Shown here piece by piece: positions 62,482 to 64,000 of a DNA stretch of 64,000 bases. The translations under genes were made by a program, and so were the position numbers. This DNA is from Podospora anserina. Lineage: Eukaryota. The notes under the pieces are model-generated. The model was not told where the DNA came from, made no database searches, and was given only the letters and a program-made list of their open reading frames with translations. The number at the start of each line of letters is the position of its first letter. Position 1 is the stretch's first letter. The stretch lies in assembly GCA_017654855.1 (NCBI GenBank), contig CM030337.1, positions 4,154,001 to 4,218,000 on the forward strand, given 5' to 3'.

Positions 62482-63027
62482 ATGCTCGCCGAACAAGTCC
62501 CTCAAACTTCACATGTTCTGCTGGCGTCATTCGCAGAGTTAAACCTCGCCGGTAGGAGCCCTGAAGATGCCATCGGCAGGCCTATTGTCCCTGGTCACGA
62601 TCAACTTCGTCATATCACCGCAGCCCAGCAGAGCCATCCCACTTCACCAGCCGGCGTCGAGGCTACGAATATTATGGTACCGAACGAGAAACGAGAGTGT
62701 CCTGGCTGTGACTGTCCTGCAATATGCGCAGCGTATTCTACTACAACTATTACATCCACCGCCAACCCTCCTTCTGGGGCTGCCCATCGCGAGATCTTGA
62801 TAACGGCCAACGGAGACAATATCCACAGCGCATCTGTTGGTATCCACCGGAAAGGCAGGGCGACAAGGAAAAATTCAGGCAACGATTGCCCCGACTGTGA
62901 CTTGGACAGCTGCGGGTGTGGGCGTGGCGCTAATGGTGCACGCTCTGCCGGAACGCCGGGACAGGCTGCTGGTATTGCAGCCGGAATGGGATGCGTGGCG
63001 GCGGTGGCAGCTGGATGGTTGTTTTAG
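62482..63027 (+). CDS. Cys-rich (CPxCD x2) protein with GPI-like C-terminus; N-terminus apparently frameshifted
   Basis: KR-ECPGCDCPAIC, a Thr-rich linker, DCPDCDLDSCGC and hydrophobic tail AAGIAAGMGCVAAVAAGWLF. A signal-peptide-like start at 62567 lies in a different frame. Confidence 0.55.
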   Translation: MLAEQVPQTSHVLLASFAELNLAGRSPEDAIGRPIVPGHDQLRHITAAQQSHPTSPAGVEATNIMVPNEKRECPGCDCPAICAAYSTTTITSTANPPSGAAHREILITANGDNIHSASVGIHRKGRATRKNSGNDCPDCDLDSCGCGRGANGARSAGTPGQAAGIAAGMGCVAAVAAGWLF

Positions 63028-64000
63028 GGACGTTTCCGAGGTTTGAGGAACGCTGGCGTCGTTCTGAGTCATGTCTTGATGTTAGGTTGGCTAAGAAATT
63101 TGCACGAGAATCAGGACTTTTTGGTCTTTTGCTGCAGTGTGCGATAAAGTAAGAAAGATACACGGGCCTTCGCCGTGGGCTGGCAACGATTAGGTATCTA
63201 TGTGTCGGTGTCTCGTCTCTGGAACCATCGCAGTACGGGAGATATACTTGTGCATATTTCATCATGAAACAACAACACCTCTTAAGAAGATGAAGCCTCG
63301 ACCAGGCTAGCACTGCCATATGTGTCAATCATTTTAGTACGTAGCATTGGTGCTAATGTTGACTGCAAAACACATCCCAGTTATGCAGAGTTCGCCCGTA
63401 ACTGGCCAGCTCACTGCAATATACCCGACCAGGTCCCTTCGTACTCGCATGACAGGAAACCGGGGCCAAACACCCTGCTTACCATCACGGTAGCTGTTCT
63501 TTCATGAATTTCCTTGTTACACATCATGTTTTAACTCCGGTAAGAATACAACTACTAGGTATTATCATGCTGGCTTTCATATCGCTAGTGTAAAATATTG
63601 GCACAATGTCCCTTCCAAAGTCCGAGCTCGGACTCTGGCTGCCCAATGGAGGGCTCAAATGCCTGTATCAAGCGTTTTGTATCAGCTCTAGCGTAGGCCT
63701 AGAAACATTTGGGTGGAACTTGTGCTAGCCGTGCCACCGTTAGGACAGAACGTTTGAGGATCAGTCCGACTACTGCACTGCACACTCAACGTGACCTGAC
63801 ATATCCCGGGGCACCACCTTCCCCAGATGCCGACATTGAAGCCAAGTCGGTCAGAGATTGGCGACGCCAGCCTGGGTCTTCCCTACACACAGTGTAGAGC
63901 CGATCTAGTGTGTCTGACAGGCGTTTAGGGAAGTTTTTAGCTGGATGGGGATTGCCAATTAGGATTTCATATGTCATGGTCAAAAGCCGGGGTTTTGGAG

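Overview
Gene-dense 64-kb segment of a filamentous ascomycete chromosome. Sordariales, Podospora-like, is inferred from short GT-AG introns with CTRAC branch sites and from gene content. There are about 22 well-supported intron-containing or intronless protein genes: a Dal5-type MFS permease, an IDI-4/JlbA-type bZIP factor, a PDR/ABCG transporter, a cupin, a membrane-anchored CRH-type GH16, a cytochrome P450, NAD(P)HX epimerase, MRPS16, an AVT-type amino-acid transporter, Ro10/dynactin p24, Sho1, Spc19, a sugar porter, a Clr5-domain protein, a hydrophilin-like protein, an FSH1 hydrolase, ATP18 (missed by the ORF track), NIPSNAP, Rav2/Rogdi, Pop7/Rpp20, a small GPI protein and a GH55. Five intron-containing tRNA genes are also present. 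Most notable: (1) the bZIP reading frame has no usable in-frame AUG and is overlapped by a strong-context AUG uORF that needs a +1 shift to reach it, implying recoding or non-AUG initiation. (2) An AT-rich ~850-bp element carries a strictly phased 21-bp tandem array, a related 15-bp array and an inverted terminal copy. (3) Three separate small ORFs end in a G-(x)-CaaX prenylation motif reminiscent of lipopeptide pheromone precursors. (4) There are several frameshifted or dual-start genes. All calls are by eye; exon boundaries were traced manually and no database search was possible.
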